This document shows positions 1 through 9,373 of a stretch of DNA of 64,000 nt, in pieces. The position numbers and the translations under genes were made by a program. Position 1 is the stretch's first letter. Each line of letters opens with the position of its first letter. The DNA comes from Candidatus Eiseniibacteriota bacterium (GTDB lineage: Bacteria > Eisenbacteria > RBG-16-71-46 > CAIMUX01 > VGJL01). The notes under the pieces are model-generated. The model was not told the DNA's origin and searched no databases. It saw nothing but the letters and a program-made list of their open reading frames with translations. The DNA lies in assembly GCA_963792585.1 (NCBI GenBank), contig CAWBWI010000001.1, positions 32,001 through 96,000 of the forward strand. Direction: 5' to 3'.

Positions 1-2
1 CC

Positions 3-833
3 GGAGAGATCTCAGAGGCGCTCGAGCGGGTCGCCGCCTCGCCGTTCCTCGATTTCCGAGGTTTCCACTGCCATGCGGGTACGGGTATCCGTCGTCCGGA
101 GGACTACCTTCGTCCGATCGAGATTCTCCTCGACTGCGCCCTCCACGCGGAGAAGCGTGGGTTGAGCGTGAAGACGCTCGACGTCGGCGGCGGGTTTGGT
201 GTGCCGACGAGCCGTGAGATGAGCACTGCGGAGTTCCTGCTCTATCAGTCGATGGGAAGGTTGCCGAAAGCGCCCGACGCGGGCCGATTCCCGGCGATCG
301 AGACCTTCGCGACGACGATCGCGGAGGCGATTCGCCGTGGATGCGCGAAACGCGGTCTGGAGAACCCGGAGCTCGTGATCGAGCCGGGACGCGCGGTGGT
401 CAGCGGCGCGGGCGTCCTGCTCCTCACCGTCGGGGCCATCAAAGGGCGCGCAGGGGTCGGGACATGGGCGATCACCGACGGCGGGGCGGGAACCGTGGCG
501 TTTCCTCTCTTCTATGAATACCACGAGGTTCTTCTATGCAGGGCCGCGAGCGAGGAGGGGAGAATGCGGTACTCGATCGTCGGCCCGGCATGTTTCAGCG
601 CCGACTGGATCTACCGCAACAAGAAGATGCCGGAACTCGCGCCCGGCGACGTGCTCGCGATCTGCGATGCGGGCGCCTACTTCACGGTTCAGGAGTCGAA
701 CTTTGGCTTCCCGCGCCCGGCGATCCTTGCGGTGCGGGACGGTGCAGCCCGCGTTCTGCGGCGCCGCGAGACCTTCGATGACATGGTGGCCCGCGATGTC
801 GGGTGGGAAAACGGCGATGGACGCGGTGCGTGA
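3..833 (+). CDS. PLP-dependent group IV (diaminopimelate/ornithine decarboxylase-like) decarboxylase, 5'-truncated by the window edge
   Basis: Frame is open from base 3. Motifs GFHCHAGTG, LDVGGGFG, IEPGRAVV, IVGPACFSAD and DAGAYFTVQESNF. Confidence 0.85.
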   Translation, partial: GEISEALERVAASPFLDFRGFHCHAGTGIRRPEDYLRPIEILLDCALHAEKRGLSVKTLDVGGGFGVPTSREMSTAEFLLYQSMGRLPKAPDAGRFPAIETFATTIAEAIRRGCAKRGLENPELVIEPGRAVVSGAGVLLLTVGAIKGRAGVGTWAITDGGAGTVAFPLFYEYHEVLLCRAASEEGRMRYSIVGPACFSADWIYRNKKMPELAPGDVLAICDAGAYFTVQESNFGFPRPAILAVRDGAARVLRRRETFDDMVARDVGWENGDGRGA

Positions 834-1461
834 GCGGGGGCTCCGGTTCCGCGTCTTGGGCCCGAGCGACCACGCGGGGGCGGCCGCGATCGCCGGGGAG
901 GCCTTCGCGGGGAATCGGTTCTACGAAGACGTCGCCGGCCTCGATCGAGAGGGCTTCGCGGCCTACTGGGACGCGTTCCTCTCCCTCGCCCTTGGCGATC
1001 GATCCGCCCGGGTGTTGGGCGTCGAGCTCGACGGCAAACTCGGAGCGCTGGTCGTGGTCGCCTATCACGGCTTCCCTTCAGCGCGCGGCGCCATCCGATT
1101 CGTCTCCAAGTTGACCCCGAGGATTGGTCTCCGCCGTGCATGGGGATATCTCCGGTTCGTGGCCGCATACGATCGGGCCATGCGCCGGCCTCGCTGTGAG
1201 GAGCGCCGCGAGGCGCGCGGCCTCTGGTTGATGGCGGATTCCCGGACAGCGCGCCCGCGGGTCGGCGCTGCCTTGATGCGTTTCACCGCCGGGTACCTCC
1301 GCGCCGAGGGCAAGGAGATCCTCACCGGATTCGTCGACGCGGGCAACATACCGCTGCTCGCTTTCTACAGGCGACTGGGGTATCGGCTCGGTCCACGATT
1401 CCGCTTCGCGGGGCACTGGGCGACCATCGCCGAGTTGAGGAGTGGAGGCGCGCCGTGTTGA
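817..1461 (+). CDS. GNAT-family N-acyltransferase
   Basis: ATG at 817 overlaps the upstream gene. Acetyl-CoA-binding-like ARPRVGAALM and GNIPLLAFYRRLGY motifs. Confidence 0.75.
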   Translation: MDAVRERGLRFRVLGPSDHAGAAAIAGEAFAGNRFYEDVAGLDREGFAAYWDAFLSLALGDRSARVLGVELDGKLGALVVVAYHGFPSARGAIRFVSKLTPRIGLRRAWGYLRFVAAYDRAMRRPRCEERREARGLWLMADSRTARPRVGAALMRFTAGYLRAEGKEILTGFVDAGNIPLLAFYRRLGYRLGPRFRFAGHWATIAELRSGGAPC

Positions 1462-2618
1462 TCCGACGCTACGACTCGATCGACGCGGTCGATCCCGGGC
1501 GCTGGGACGCCCTCTGCAGCGATCCGTTCAGCGCGCACGCGTGTCTCGCCGCGCTCGAGCGCGCGGGGATGGATGGGGTCCACATGCGCTACGCGATCAT
1601 CGAGAGCGGGCGCGGGGACTGGCTCGCTGCGGCCCCCTTCGCGCGGATCCCGATCGACGCCGGGCGGCTCACGCACGGCATCTTCCGCGGGATCGTCCAC
1701 GGCGCCCGGAGGATCCAGCCGGGGTTCCTGCACACGAGCCTCACGATTTGCGGCGCGCCCCTATCCGTCGGCAATCCCCCCGCGCGCGTCGCGCTCGGGG
1801 CCGACCAAACCATCGTCTACCGCCTCCTCGCGGGTCTTCTGCAGGAGATCGCGGAGGAAGATGGCTCCCCGTGGTGTGCCTTCAAAGAGTTCGGCGCTAC
1901 AGAACTTGGGGTGGCGGAGCGAGTCCTGTCGCCCCTCGGGTGGATCTTCGCGCCGGGGGAGCCCAACCACCGCATGGCAATCCGGTGGGCCGGATTCGGG
2001 GAGTACCTCGCGGATCTGCGGAGCGTCTATCGAACGAAGCTCCTGCGCGAGAGGGCGCAACTCGCGGACGCGGGGGTCACAGCGGACGTCGTTCCGCTCG
2101 CGGATGCCTACGACAGCCGGATCCACTGTCTCTACGAAGACGTCTTCGATCGCGCCGTCGTGCAGTTCGAACGACTGACGCCGGCGTTCTTCTCCGTCCT
2201 GGGCGACGCGTACGCGTCGCGCGCCTCGTTGATCCGGCAGCGTATCGACGGCCGGACGGTCGGCTGGGTCGCGGTGCTCGTGGACGGGGACGGGGTCTAT
2301 GACCTCTTCCACGGAATCGACTACGAGGTAAACGGGCGACTCCCGCTCTACTTCGGGCAACTTGCGGAGGTCGTTCGCTTCGCGATCGACCAGCGCGCCG
2401 GATGGCTGTCGATGGGCCAGAGCACCCCGATCGCCAAGGCGCGATTCGGCGCCGGCACTGTCCCGCTCTGGGTCGCCGTTCGACACCGGAACGCTTCGAT
2501 CACCCGCCTGCTCCGCGCCGGGCGGGGAACCCTCTTCCCGGAACCGGTCGTCCCTCGACGACGCGTCTTTCGACATTCCTCGGAGACGGAGGAGACTCGA
2601 TGCGCTACCGGTTCGTGA
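1455..2618 (+). CDS. BioF2-like/FemAB-like GNAT acyltransferase (387 aa)
   Basis: SIDAVDPGRWDAL start, FGEYLADLRSVYR, FERLTPAFF, GIDY..LYF, MGQSTPIAKARFGA. Confidence 0.75.
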   Translation: MLIRRYDSIDAVDPGRWDALCSDPFSAHACLAALERAGMDGVHMRYAIIESGRGDWLAAAPFARIPIDAGRLTHGIFRGIVHGARRIQPGFLHTSLTICGAPLSVGNPPARVALGADQTIVYRLLAGLLQEIAEEDGSPWCAFKEFGATELGVAERVLSPLGWIFAPGEPNHRMAIRWAGFGEYLADLRSVYRTKLLRERAQLADAGVTADVVPLADAYDSRIHCLYEDVFDRAVVQFERLTPAFFSVLGDAYASRASLIRQRIDGRTVGWVAVLVDGDGVYDLFHGIDYEVNGRLPLYFGQLAEVVRFAIDQRAGWLSMGQSTPIAKARFGAGTVPLWVAVRHRNASITRLLRAGRGTLFPEPVVPRRRVFRHSSETEETRCATGS

Positions 2619-3508
2619 TCAACACGGCTGCCGGCCGCGCCCGGCCCGAGTCGGTCCGGGAACTGATCGATCGCGAATTCGAAGGCCTTCCCCACGAGAT
2701 CGTGATCGATCCCTCCGCCGCCCGTCTGGAGGCCCTCTGCGATGCAAGGCTGTGTCCCGACGGACTGACGATCATTGCGGTCGGAGGGGATGGGACGATC
2801 AACCGGCTGGTCAACACGCCGCGCCCTGACGAAGCAATGATCGGGATCATCCCGATGGGCACGGCGAACGACCTCGCTGCGGCCCTCGGCATCCCGGACG
2901 ACCCGGTCGCGGCTTGCCGCGTGATCCGTGCGGGGCGGATCCGCCGGATCGACCTCGTGGGGGTCAACACGAAGCGATTCGCAACCTGCGGAGGGATCGG
3001 TCTCGCGGCCGAGGCCGCCATGCGCGCGAATCGCTGGCGGCAATCGAGACACCATCCGGGGGGCAGGTTTCATGGATGGCTCTATCCCGTCGCCGCGATG
3101 TGCGAGATCGCGACCCGCCGGCGGCCCGGAATGGTGGAGATCCGCTGCGAGGGCCGGCGGCTGGCCGCAGAGACGATGACGCTCGTCGTCTCGAATCAGG
3201 CCCGCTTCGGAGGTCGTTTCGCGGCCTCGCCCAATGCATCGAACACCGACGGCCTCTTCGATATCTGTGAGATCCGGGCGCCGGGCTCGAGGATGCGGAT
3301 GCTCTGGGTGGTCCTGCGGGCGCTGGGAGGTCGGCTCGACAGGGTGCGCGAGATCGTGCGGATGCGGGGGGCCGCAGCGACCCTGACCTCGCCCCGCGAC
3401 GTCTGTTTCTTCGGGGACGGCGAGATCCTCGACGTGGCCCGTTCCTTCGAGATCCGTCTACTCCCGTCGGCGTTGCGGGTTCTGGCCCCTGCTGGGGGTG
3501 GACGATGA
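2600..3508 (+). CDS. Diacylglycerol/sphingosine kinase family lipid kinase
   Basis: GGAG RBS, then VINTAAGR, VGGDGTIN, IIPMGTANDLA, DGLFDI and GDGE motifs. Confidence 0.9.
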   Translation: MRYRFVINTAAGRARPESVRELIDREFEGLPHEIVIDPSAARLEALCDARLCPDGLTIIAVGGDGTINRLVNTPRPDEAMIGIIPMGTANDLAAALGIPDDPVAACRVIRAGRIRRIDLVGVNTKRFATCGGIGLAAEAAMRANRWRQSRHHPGGRFHGWLYPVAAMCEIATRRRPGMVEIRCEGRRLAAETMTLVVSNQARFGGRFAASPNASNTDGLFDICEIRAPGSRMRMLWVVLRALGGRLDRVREIVRMRGAAATLTSPRDVCFFGDGEILDVARSFEIRLLPSALRVLAPAGGGR

Positions 3509-4233
3509 ATCCGGGATCGCTCCTTCTCATCGCGGGAGGCCTATTCGCGTTCGGAGGGTCGCTCATGATCCTGGGGCAGATCGTGCGCCGCGCCGATCCC
3601 GCCCGCAGGCGTTCCGACGGGATCAAGTACGCGGTCTACGTCGCCGTCATCGGAAGCCTGCTGGCGTCGCTGGCCCTCTCGCGGATTCTCGCGGCAATCT
3701 TGCTGTCGGCGATCGCCATCGGGGGAGCCCGCGAGCTCCATGCCAACCTGCGGGGGCGTAGGACCTGGCCTGCGGGCGTCTCGATAATCTCCGGGCTCTT
3801 GGCGGCTTGGAGTCTGGGCCACCTACTCTTGGGAGAGTGGGGGGCGACCTTGGTCCTGCTCGTCGCGACGTGCGACGCATTCTCCCAGCTCTGGGGCCGC
3901 CTCTTGGGGCGGCGTCCGCTCTGCACGCGGATCAGTCCCGCCAAGACCGTAGAAGGGTTGGCGGGGGGAGTCGCGACGACCGTGCTGGTCGCGGCGCTGA
4001 TCAGCCCGCTCTTGCCGGGTCTTCAAGTCGATCGGCGGGTCTTTCTGGGCGCGGTCGTCGCGGCGGGGGCCACGGCCGGCGACCTGGGCTTCTCGTACCT
4101 CAAGCGCCGTCTCGGCATCAAGGACTTCGCCTCGACCCTGCCGGGACATGGCGGCCTGCTCGATCGGTTCGATAGTCTCATCCTCGCCGCCCCTCTCGGG
4201 ACATGGGTCCTGCGATGGATCCTCTCCCGGTGA
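3505..4233 (+). CDS. cdsA: Phosphatidate cytidylyltransferase family (CdsA-like) membrane protein
   Basis: ISPAKTVEGLAGG and GDLGFSYLKRRLGIKDFASTLPGHGGLLDRFDS signatures. ATGA overlap with the kinase stop. Confidence 0.9.
   Translation: MNPGSLLLIAGGLFAFGGSLMILGQIVRRADPARRRSDGIKYAVYVAVIGSLLASLALSRILAAILLSAIAIGGARELHANLRGRRTWPAGVSIISGLLAAWSLGHLLLGEWGATLVLLVATCDAFSQLWGRLLGRRPLCTRISPAKTVEGLAGGVATTVLVAALISPLLPGLQVDRRVFLGAVVAAGATAGDLGFSYLKRRLGIKDFASTLPGHGGLLDRFDSLILAAPLGTWVLRWILSR
4169..4233 (+). repeat. Left copy of a 65 bp direct repeat (3' end of cdsA), attL-like
   Basis: Matches 11886-11950 with 4 mismatches. Confidence 0.9.
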
Positions 4234-4400
4234 GGGGCAAGGCGCTGTGTCCGTCCGTGGAGGGGTTCTCGCTGTATGCAGCGCAGGCTGTTCCGGTGGA
4301 GGATCGAGAAGCGCTGGCGCGGCACCTCCACTACGGGCTTCGTGCTCTCTTCTCCCAGGAGCGGCTCTCCCGGCGACCTGATGGAAGGGTCGTCTAGGTG
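4234..4400 (+). mobile_element. IS91/ISCR-family (Y2) transposase remnant
   Basis: VEGFSLYAAQAVPVEDREALARHLHYGLRALFSQERLSRRPDGRVV* resembles the GFSLHA...LERLCRY..RP...ERL block. It has no start and a premature stop. Confidence 0.7.
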
Positions 4401-4546
4401 CCTCGGGCACCATTTCTTCGGTCCGTGACGGGGCGTGTCTTCCCTTCACCGCACGCGGAAGACTGGTAGAATGAGTCCAGAGTCGTTTCAACTGATCCTT
4501 GGCGGTCGGCATTCGATGACAGCTGACCAGACCAGGAGAAGTCCTC

Positions 4547-4753
4547 TTGATCCGAAACCGGGAACTGCTGGATGCCTCCGAGCGGGCGCAGTTGCGTCGG
4601 CACCCGCCGGACTACCTGGAAAACCTGGCGATCTTCGAGGCCCTATACGAAGAGGGCCGGCTTCTCGGCGTCATCCCATCCGAGGACCCACTCGAGGGGA
4701 TCGAATCCGACATCCGATTGGCACGAGCGCTCTGTGTTCGGCCCCCTTCTTGA
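4547..4753 (+). CDS. Small protein upstream of a nucleotidyltransferase (putative antitoxin)
   Basis: 68 aa with AGGAG RBS. NLAIFEALYEEG...DPLEGIESDIRLARAL. Overlaps the next gene. Confidence 0.55.
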   Translation: MIRNRELLDASERAQLRRHPPDYLENLAIFEALYEEGRLLGVIPSEDPLEGIESDIRLARALCVRPPS

Positions 4754-5153
4754 GAGGATTGCGATCGGGCTAGCGCCTCTTGTCGATCCGGAGTCGTTCA
4801 CCCGCTCTACGATGGTGTTACCCTGCCAAGATCCTGTTACCAAGATTCGGGTCGACCTCACCTTCTCCTTCAGTCCGTACGAGCGGGGAGCGATCCAACG
4901 GGCCGGCGGGGTAGAGATCGGTGCCGCCCGAGTTCGCTTCGCCTCCGTCGAGGATCTCATCATCCACAAGGTGATCGCCGGTCGGCCGCGCGACCTCGAG
5001 GACGTCCGCATTCTCCTGATCGAAAACCCACAAGCAGATATCGTCGTGATTCGTCGAGTCCTTGCGGAGTTCTCCGAAAGCCTCTCCGAGCCTCTATCGG
5101 AGCATTTCTCGCGGATCGAAGCCGAAGCTCGGGGTCCTGAGGAAGTCGGCTGA
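4734..5153 (+). pseudogene. AbiEii/DUF6036-like nucleotidyltransferase with an internal deletion
   Basis: Retains RVDLTFS and ASVEDLIIHKVIAGRPRDLEDV but lacks the N-terminal GGxA...RxTxDxD catalytic segment. Confidence 0.65.
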
Positions 5154-5369
5154 AGCGCGAGCCCTCGCGGATTCAGCACGGGCCGGACGTCATGACGAGA
5201 ATCCTGCCTGAACCGGGCCAACCGTCACAACTGACGTTCGCCCGAGAAAATTGAGATCCACCGGGTTTCAGGTCCCATGACAGTAGGCCCGAGGCCTGCA
5301 GGAGCGCTCAGTGCGGCGAATCCGCACGCTGCGTGCGAAGCGATGGGGAGCTGGAGACGGAGTCGCGGA

Positions 5370-5696
5370 TCACCCTACCCAGGCACGAAGGGGGAAACCC
5401 CGGAGACAACCATCCCAAACTGTGGCCTGCGCCCCTGCGGGAAGCTCCCCGGCCAGGAGGGTTCGCACGCCGTCGAAGTCGCGGTCGGTGGGGTGCGCAT
5501 CGTCGCTGATGCAGTCGAGGTTCCAGGGCAGGTCGAGGGCCAAGCTGCGGGTGGGGGCGAGAGTGCTCGCGGGCTTCGCGAGTTCGAGCGCGAGGGTGCG
5601 CGGCTGGAGTGGCTTCAGGTCGCAGGTGACTGCGCGCTTCCCGCGTTGCAGGTCCTTGCCGCCGGCCTGGAAGGTCATGGGCATTGGATTTTCCAT
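5370..5696 (-). pseudogene. Probable gene remnant (possibly a glycoside-hydrolase C-terminal region)
   Basis: Coding-like codon usage. LDLPWNLDCISDD..DRDFDG..L..ELP. No clear signals. Confidence 0.25.
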
Positions 5697-5703
5697 CTTC
5701 CAT

Positions 5704-5743
5704 TTGACAACTGAGAATATCTGTGTATACTAACTATATACAC
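5704..5743 (+). promoter_or_regulatory. sigma70 promoter overlapped by a YtrA-type GntR operator
   Basis: TTGACA (5704), 16 bp spacer, TATACT (5726). Inverted repeat GTGTATA-N7-TATACAC at 5723-5743. Confidence 0.75.
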
Positions 5744-5759
5744 TAGGTGGAAAGGTCGC

Positions 5760-6185
5760 ATGGGCACGGAACTTCTACTTTCTCCGCATTCGAACACGCC
5801 GATGTACGCGCAGATCGTGGAGCAGATCGTCGCCAAGGTGATGGCGGGGGTGTGGAAAGCGGGCGATCCCCTGCCCTCGATCCGCGAGCTCGCCGGCGAC
5901 AGTCAGGTCAGCGTGATCACGGTGAAGCGTGCCTATCTGGAACTGGAAAGGGCGGGCGTGATTGTCACGCGGCAGGGCAAGGGTTCATTCGTGGCCGACA
6001 CGATCGACGCGACGCGGACCCTCGCCGCCGAAGCATTCCAGTCGCAGTTGAATGGGCTGCTGGATGCGGCCAGGAAGCTGGGACTCAACCGGCAGGACGT
6101 CGTCGAACGGGTCGAGCAGGCGCTGTCCAGGCAGCCGGAACCCTCGCAATCGAGCAATGAAACGAACCGAAGGAAACCGAGATGA
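5760..6185 (+). CDS. GntR-family regulator, YtrA subfamily
   Basis: PMYAQIVEQI, GDPLPSIRELA, TVKRAYLELE, RQGKGSFV. Confidence 0.9.
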   Translation: MGTELLLSPHSNTPMYAQIVEQIVAKVMAGVWKAGDPLPSIRELAGDSQVSVITVKRAYLELERAGVIVTRQGKGSFVADTIDATRTLAAEAFQSQLNGLLDAARKLGLNRQDVVERVEQALSRQPEPSQSSNETNRRKPR

Positions 6186-7066
6186 ACCCCGCAATCACTC
6201 TTAGAGACGTGAGCAAGCGATACGACGAGTTCGCCCTGTCCGGCATTGACCTCGAACTGCCAGCCGGCCAGGTCATGGGCCTCGTCGGCGTCAACGGCGC
6301 CGGCAAGTCCACCCTGCTGCGCGTGCTGATGGGCCTAATCCGAGCCGACGGCGGCGAGGTTGAGGTGCTTGGGCAGCGAATGCCGCAGGCGCAGGTCGCG
6401 GTGAAGCGGGACATCGGCTACGCATCGGATGACATGCGCCTGTACCGCGGCCAGTCGCTGCGCTGGCACATGGATTTCATCCGCAGCATCTATCCCGGCT
6501 GGGATGAAGCCTATGCGCGGGACCTGCTCGGGCGGTTCGACCTGAAGCCCCAGCAGAAGCTGGGCGGGTTCTCGCACGGCCAGCGTGTCAAGGCGTTGCT
6601 GCTGCTGATTTTCGCGCGGCATCCTCGCCTGTTGCTGCTGGACGAGCCGACCACGGGGCTGGATCCAGTCGCGCGCGGCGAGGTGCTCGAAGCGCTGGCC
6701 GACGCGCTCCGCGACGAGCGGCGCTCGATACTGTTCTCGTCGCACAACACCGCCGACATCGAGCAGATTGCCGATTCGATCACCTTCCTTCACGCCGGTA
6801 GGATCGTCGCTTCGCGCGACAAGGAGTCGTTCCTCGACAGCTGGCGGCGGATTCTGTGCCGGGGCGAGTGGACGGACCGGGTGCGGCATCTGGCGGGCGT
6901 GGCCTCGGTGCGCAACAGCGCGCCATTGATCGAACTGAAAACAGGCGCCTTCGACGAATCCACGCTGCCCGCGCTGCATGCGATCGGGCTCGCCGTGGAT
7001 TCGGTCGAGGCGATGTCGCTGGAAGACATCTTCGTGACCACCGTTCGGGGAGACAATAACGCATGA
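6182..7066 (+). CDS. ABC transporter ATP-binding protein
   Basis: Walker A GVNGAGKS, FSHGQ signature, LLLDEPTTGLD. Confidence 0.95.
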   Translation: MNPAITLRDVSKRYDEFALSGIDLELPAGQVMGLVGVNGAGKSTLLRVLMGLIRADGGEVEVLGQRMPQAQVAVKRDIGYASDDMRLYRGQSLRWHMDFIRSIYPGWDEAYARDLLGRFDLKPQQKLGGFSHGQRVKALLLLIFARHPRLLLLDEPTTGLDPVARGEVLEALADALRDERRSILFSSHNTADIEQIADSITFLHAGRIVASRDKESFLDSWRRILCRGEWTDRVRHLAGVASVRNSAPLIELKTGAFDESTLPALHAIGLAVDSVEAMSLEDIFVTTVRGDNNA

Positions 7067-7750
7067 ACTGGCTCGCATCCGATTCCGGAATGGTGAGGAA
7101 GCTGATCGTCAAGGACTGGCAGGTCTACCAGAAGCAACTTGCCGGATACGTCGCCGGGATGCTGCTGGCGCTCGGCCTGATCGGCTCGGGCACCTCCTTG
7201 CTGGCCGCGGCCGGCGCCCTGCTGTTGCTGGTGCTGCTCGTGGTGGTCGGTTCCTACGCGATCGCAGTCCTCGATCATGGCCGAGCGCAAGCTGCAGACC
7301 GTGCCTTTCATCATGAGCCTGCCGGTCACGCCGATGGATGTCTTCTGGGGCAAGTTGCTCGCCAATCTGGCCATCTACCTGGTGCCGTTCCTTCTGGTCA
7401 CGGGCGGCTTGCTCGCGCTGATCCTGACCACGCCACATCCCGACGGAGCGGTGACGTGGGTGGTGGTAATCGCGACGTTCATGTTGGTGATCTTCTGCAT
7501 ATCGCTGTGCGTGGCGATCGCGATCGACTCCGAAGGCTGGAACGTCTTCACGATGCTCGCGCTGATGACGCTGATCGGACCGTTCATCTTCTGGGTTAGC
7601 CGCCTCGACGGTATCGCCCAATACCTGAAGACCGACGACATCGTCTGGAGCGAGCCCGTTCTCGGCCTGCTCGTCGCGCAGCTATCGGTGATCGTCATCG
7701 CGATCTTCGTCACAAGCTGGATCCACGCCCGCAAGGCATCGTTCCTCTAA
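7063..7750 (+). CDS. ABC-2 type permease, one frameshift near 7265
   Basis: Two hydrophobic ORFs (7063 and 7277) join into LIVKDW...IMAERKLQTVPFIMSLPVT...GK. Confidence 0.8.
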
Positions 7751-7760
7751 GGCCATCGCA

Positions 7761-8879
7761 ATGCAGGACGCGGACCGCATCCACTACATGGACAACCTGC
7801 GGGCGCTGGCCATGCTGGCTGGTGTCGTATTCCACGCCGCGCTCGCCTATAGCCCCTTGATGCACCCGATCTGGCCGGCGGCCGATGCTGGGAGATCCAT
7901 CACTGTCGATGCCGCTGCCTGGTTCCTGCACATGTTCCGCATGCCGCTGTTCTTCGTGATCGCGGGATTTTTCGCGGCATTGCTGGTGGCTCGTCGCGGC
8001 TTGGGAGGTCTCTTTCGGAACCGGTGCGCGCGCGTGCTATTGCCGCTGCTGCTGTTCCTGCCGCTGGTCGTGGGTAGCATGCACTGGCTGACCGCGCAGG
8101 CCGCCGCCAATACCGCGAGCCCATCGCCGGCCCTGATCTGGCTCCACGCCCATATCGAAGAGCACGGCACGCTGCCGTCCTTTCCGGGCTGGGTCCATTT
8201 GTGGTTCCTGTTCTACCTGATGCTGTTCACGGTGCTGGTCTGGGTCGTGTCCGCGCTTGAACTCGGGCGCATCGGCGACAGGATTGCGGCGCTGCCAGCG
8301 GCCGTGTTGCCGGTGGCAATGCCCTTGCTCCTGGCGCCTGCGTTGGCCTGCGTCGGCGCCCCCTGGCCTGCGCCCGAGTTCTTCCTCCCGTCGCTGTGGG
8401 CGCTGGCTTTCTTCGGGACGTACTTCGCGCTGGGTTACCAGGCGTTCCTCCGGACAGCCTTACTCGATCGCCTGCGCTCCCTGTCGCCCTGGCTGTTGGG
8501 CGGTGCCGTCGCGACCTACGCGGTGCTGTTCTGGTCGACCGACGGGTTTGCCAGTACCCGGCCGTCGCAACTGCAGCGCATCCTGCACGCCGTGTTGGAA
8601 GCGTATGCGGGGTGCTGGATGACGCTCTGGTGCCTGCTGGCCGCCAGGGGGAGGCTGGATGGGAGGAGCGCGGCCATGCGCTGGTTCTCCGACGCCTCGT
8701 ACTGGGTCTATCTCGTGCACCTGCCGGTGCTGTTCGCGATCCAGTACCGGTTACTGAACCTGCAGATGGATTGGGCGGCGAAGTTCGTCATCGCGACGGT
8801 GTCAACGCTGGTGCTGTCGTTCGCCAGCTACCAGTTGCTGGTTCGGCATACCTTCATCGGAAGGTTGCTCAACGGATAG
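7761..8879 (+). CDS. Acyltransferase-3 family membrane protein (OpgC/MdoC-like)
   Basis: RIHYMDNLRA, FH, HMFRMPLFFVIAGFF, HLWFL, DASYWVYLVHLP. Confidence 0.9.
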   Translation: MQDADRIHYMDNLRALAMLAGVVFHAALAYSPLMHPIWPAADAGRSITVDAAAWFLHMFRMPLFFVIAGFFAALLVARRGLGGLFRNRCARVLLPLLLFLPLVVGSMHWLTAQAAANTASPSPALIWLHAHIEEHGTLPSFPGWVHLWFLFYLMLFTVLVWVVSALELGRIGDRIAALPAAVLPVAMPLLLAPALACVGAPWPAPEFFLPSLWALAFFGTYFALGYQAFLRTALLDRLRSLSPWLLGGAVATYAVLFWSTDGFASTRPSQLQRILHAVLEAYAGCWMTLWCLLAARGRLDGRSAAMRWFSDASYWVYLVHLPVLFAIQYRLLNLQMDWAAKFVIATVSTLVLSFASYQLLVRHTFIGRLLNG

Positions 8880-9373
8880 CTGTCACTCCGGAACCCCATT
8901 TCCGCGAGGCCCCCGCCCACTTTCCCGTCATGCTCGTCACCGGGGCCGGCCGGTAGGCGAGACGACGTTCCTCCGCGAGGTTGCGACAAGACGGCGTTTC
9001 TGCGCTTCGCGGCTTGATCCGCGTGACGTCGTGTTGGACGACTATTTACAGCTTGTTTCCATGGCTGTTCCCCGCACGTATCGCCACAACCCGAAAGGGG
9101 TTGCTCGCGGACAATCACACGGCATGGCGTGATCGTCGGCCTGGCGCCAACCGAGGTGCGCTCTTCCGGTAGGCTTTGCGCCGGCGCAATTCGCGCCTCG
9201 TCTAAGGCCGGTGCCGCAGCGCCTCCAGCGGCACCATCTGCAGCGGCACTCCCGGCCCCGTCTACTTCAAGTGGCGTACGCACGCTGGATGGAACTCGAG
9301 ACCCTCGCGGCCGGCGAGGAGCAGTGACAGAGGGAAAGAGGGGGCTTGGGCGGCCGCGCCTCCAACCTCAACC

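Noticed and set aside
8975..9045. attC-like sequence ending GTTGGAC in the island
   Set aside because: There is no matching AAC box or convincing hairpin.
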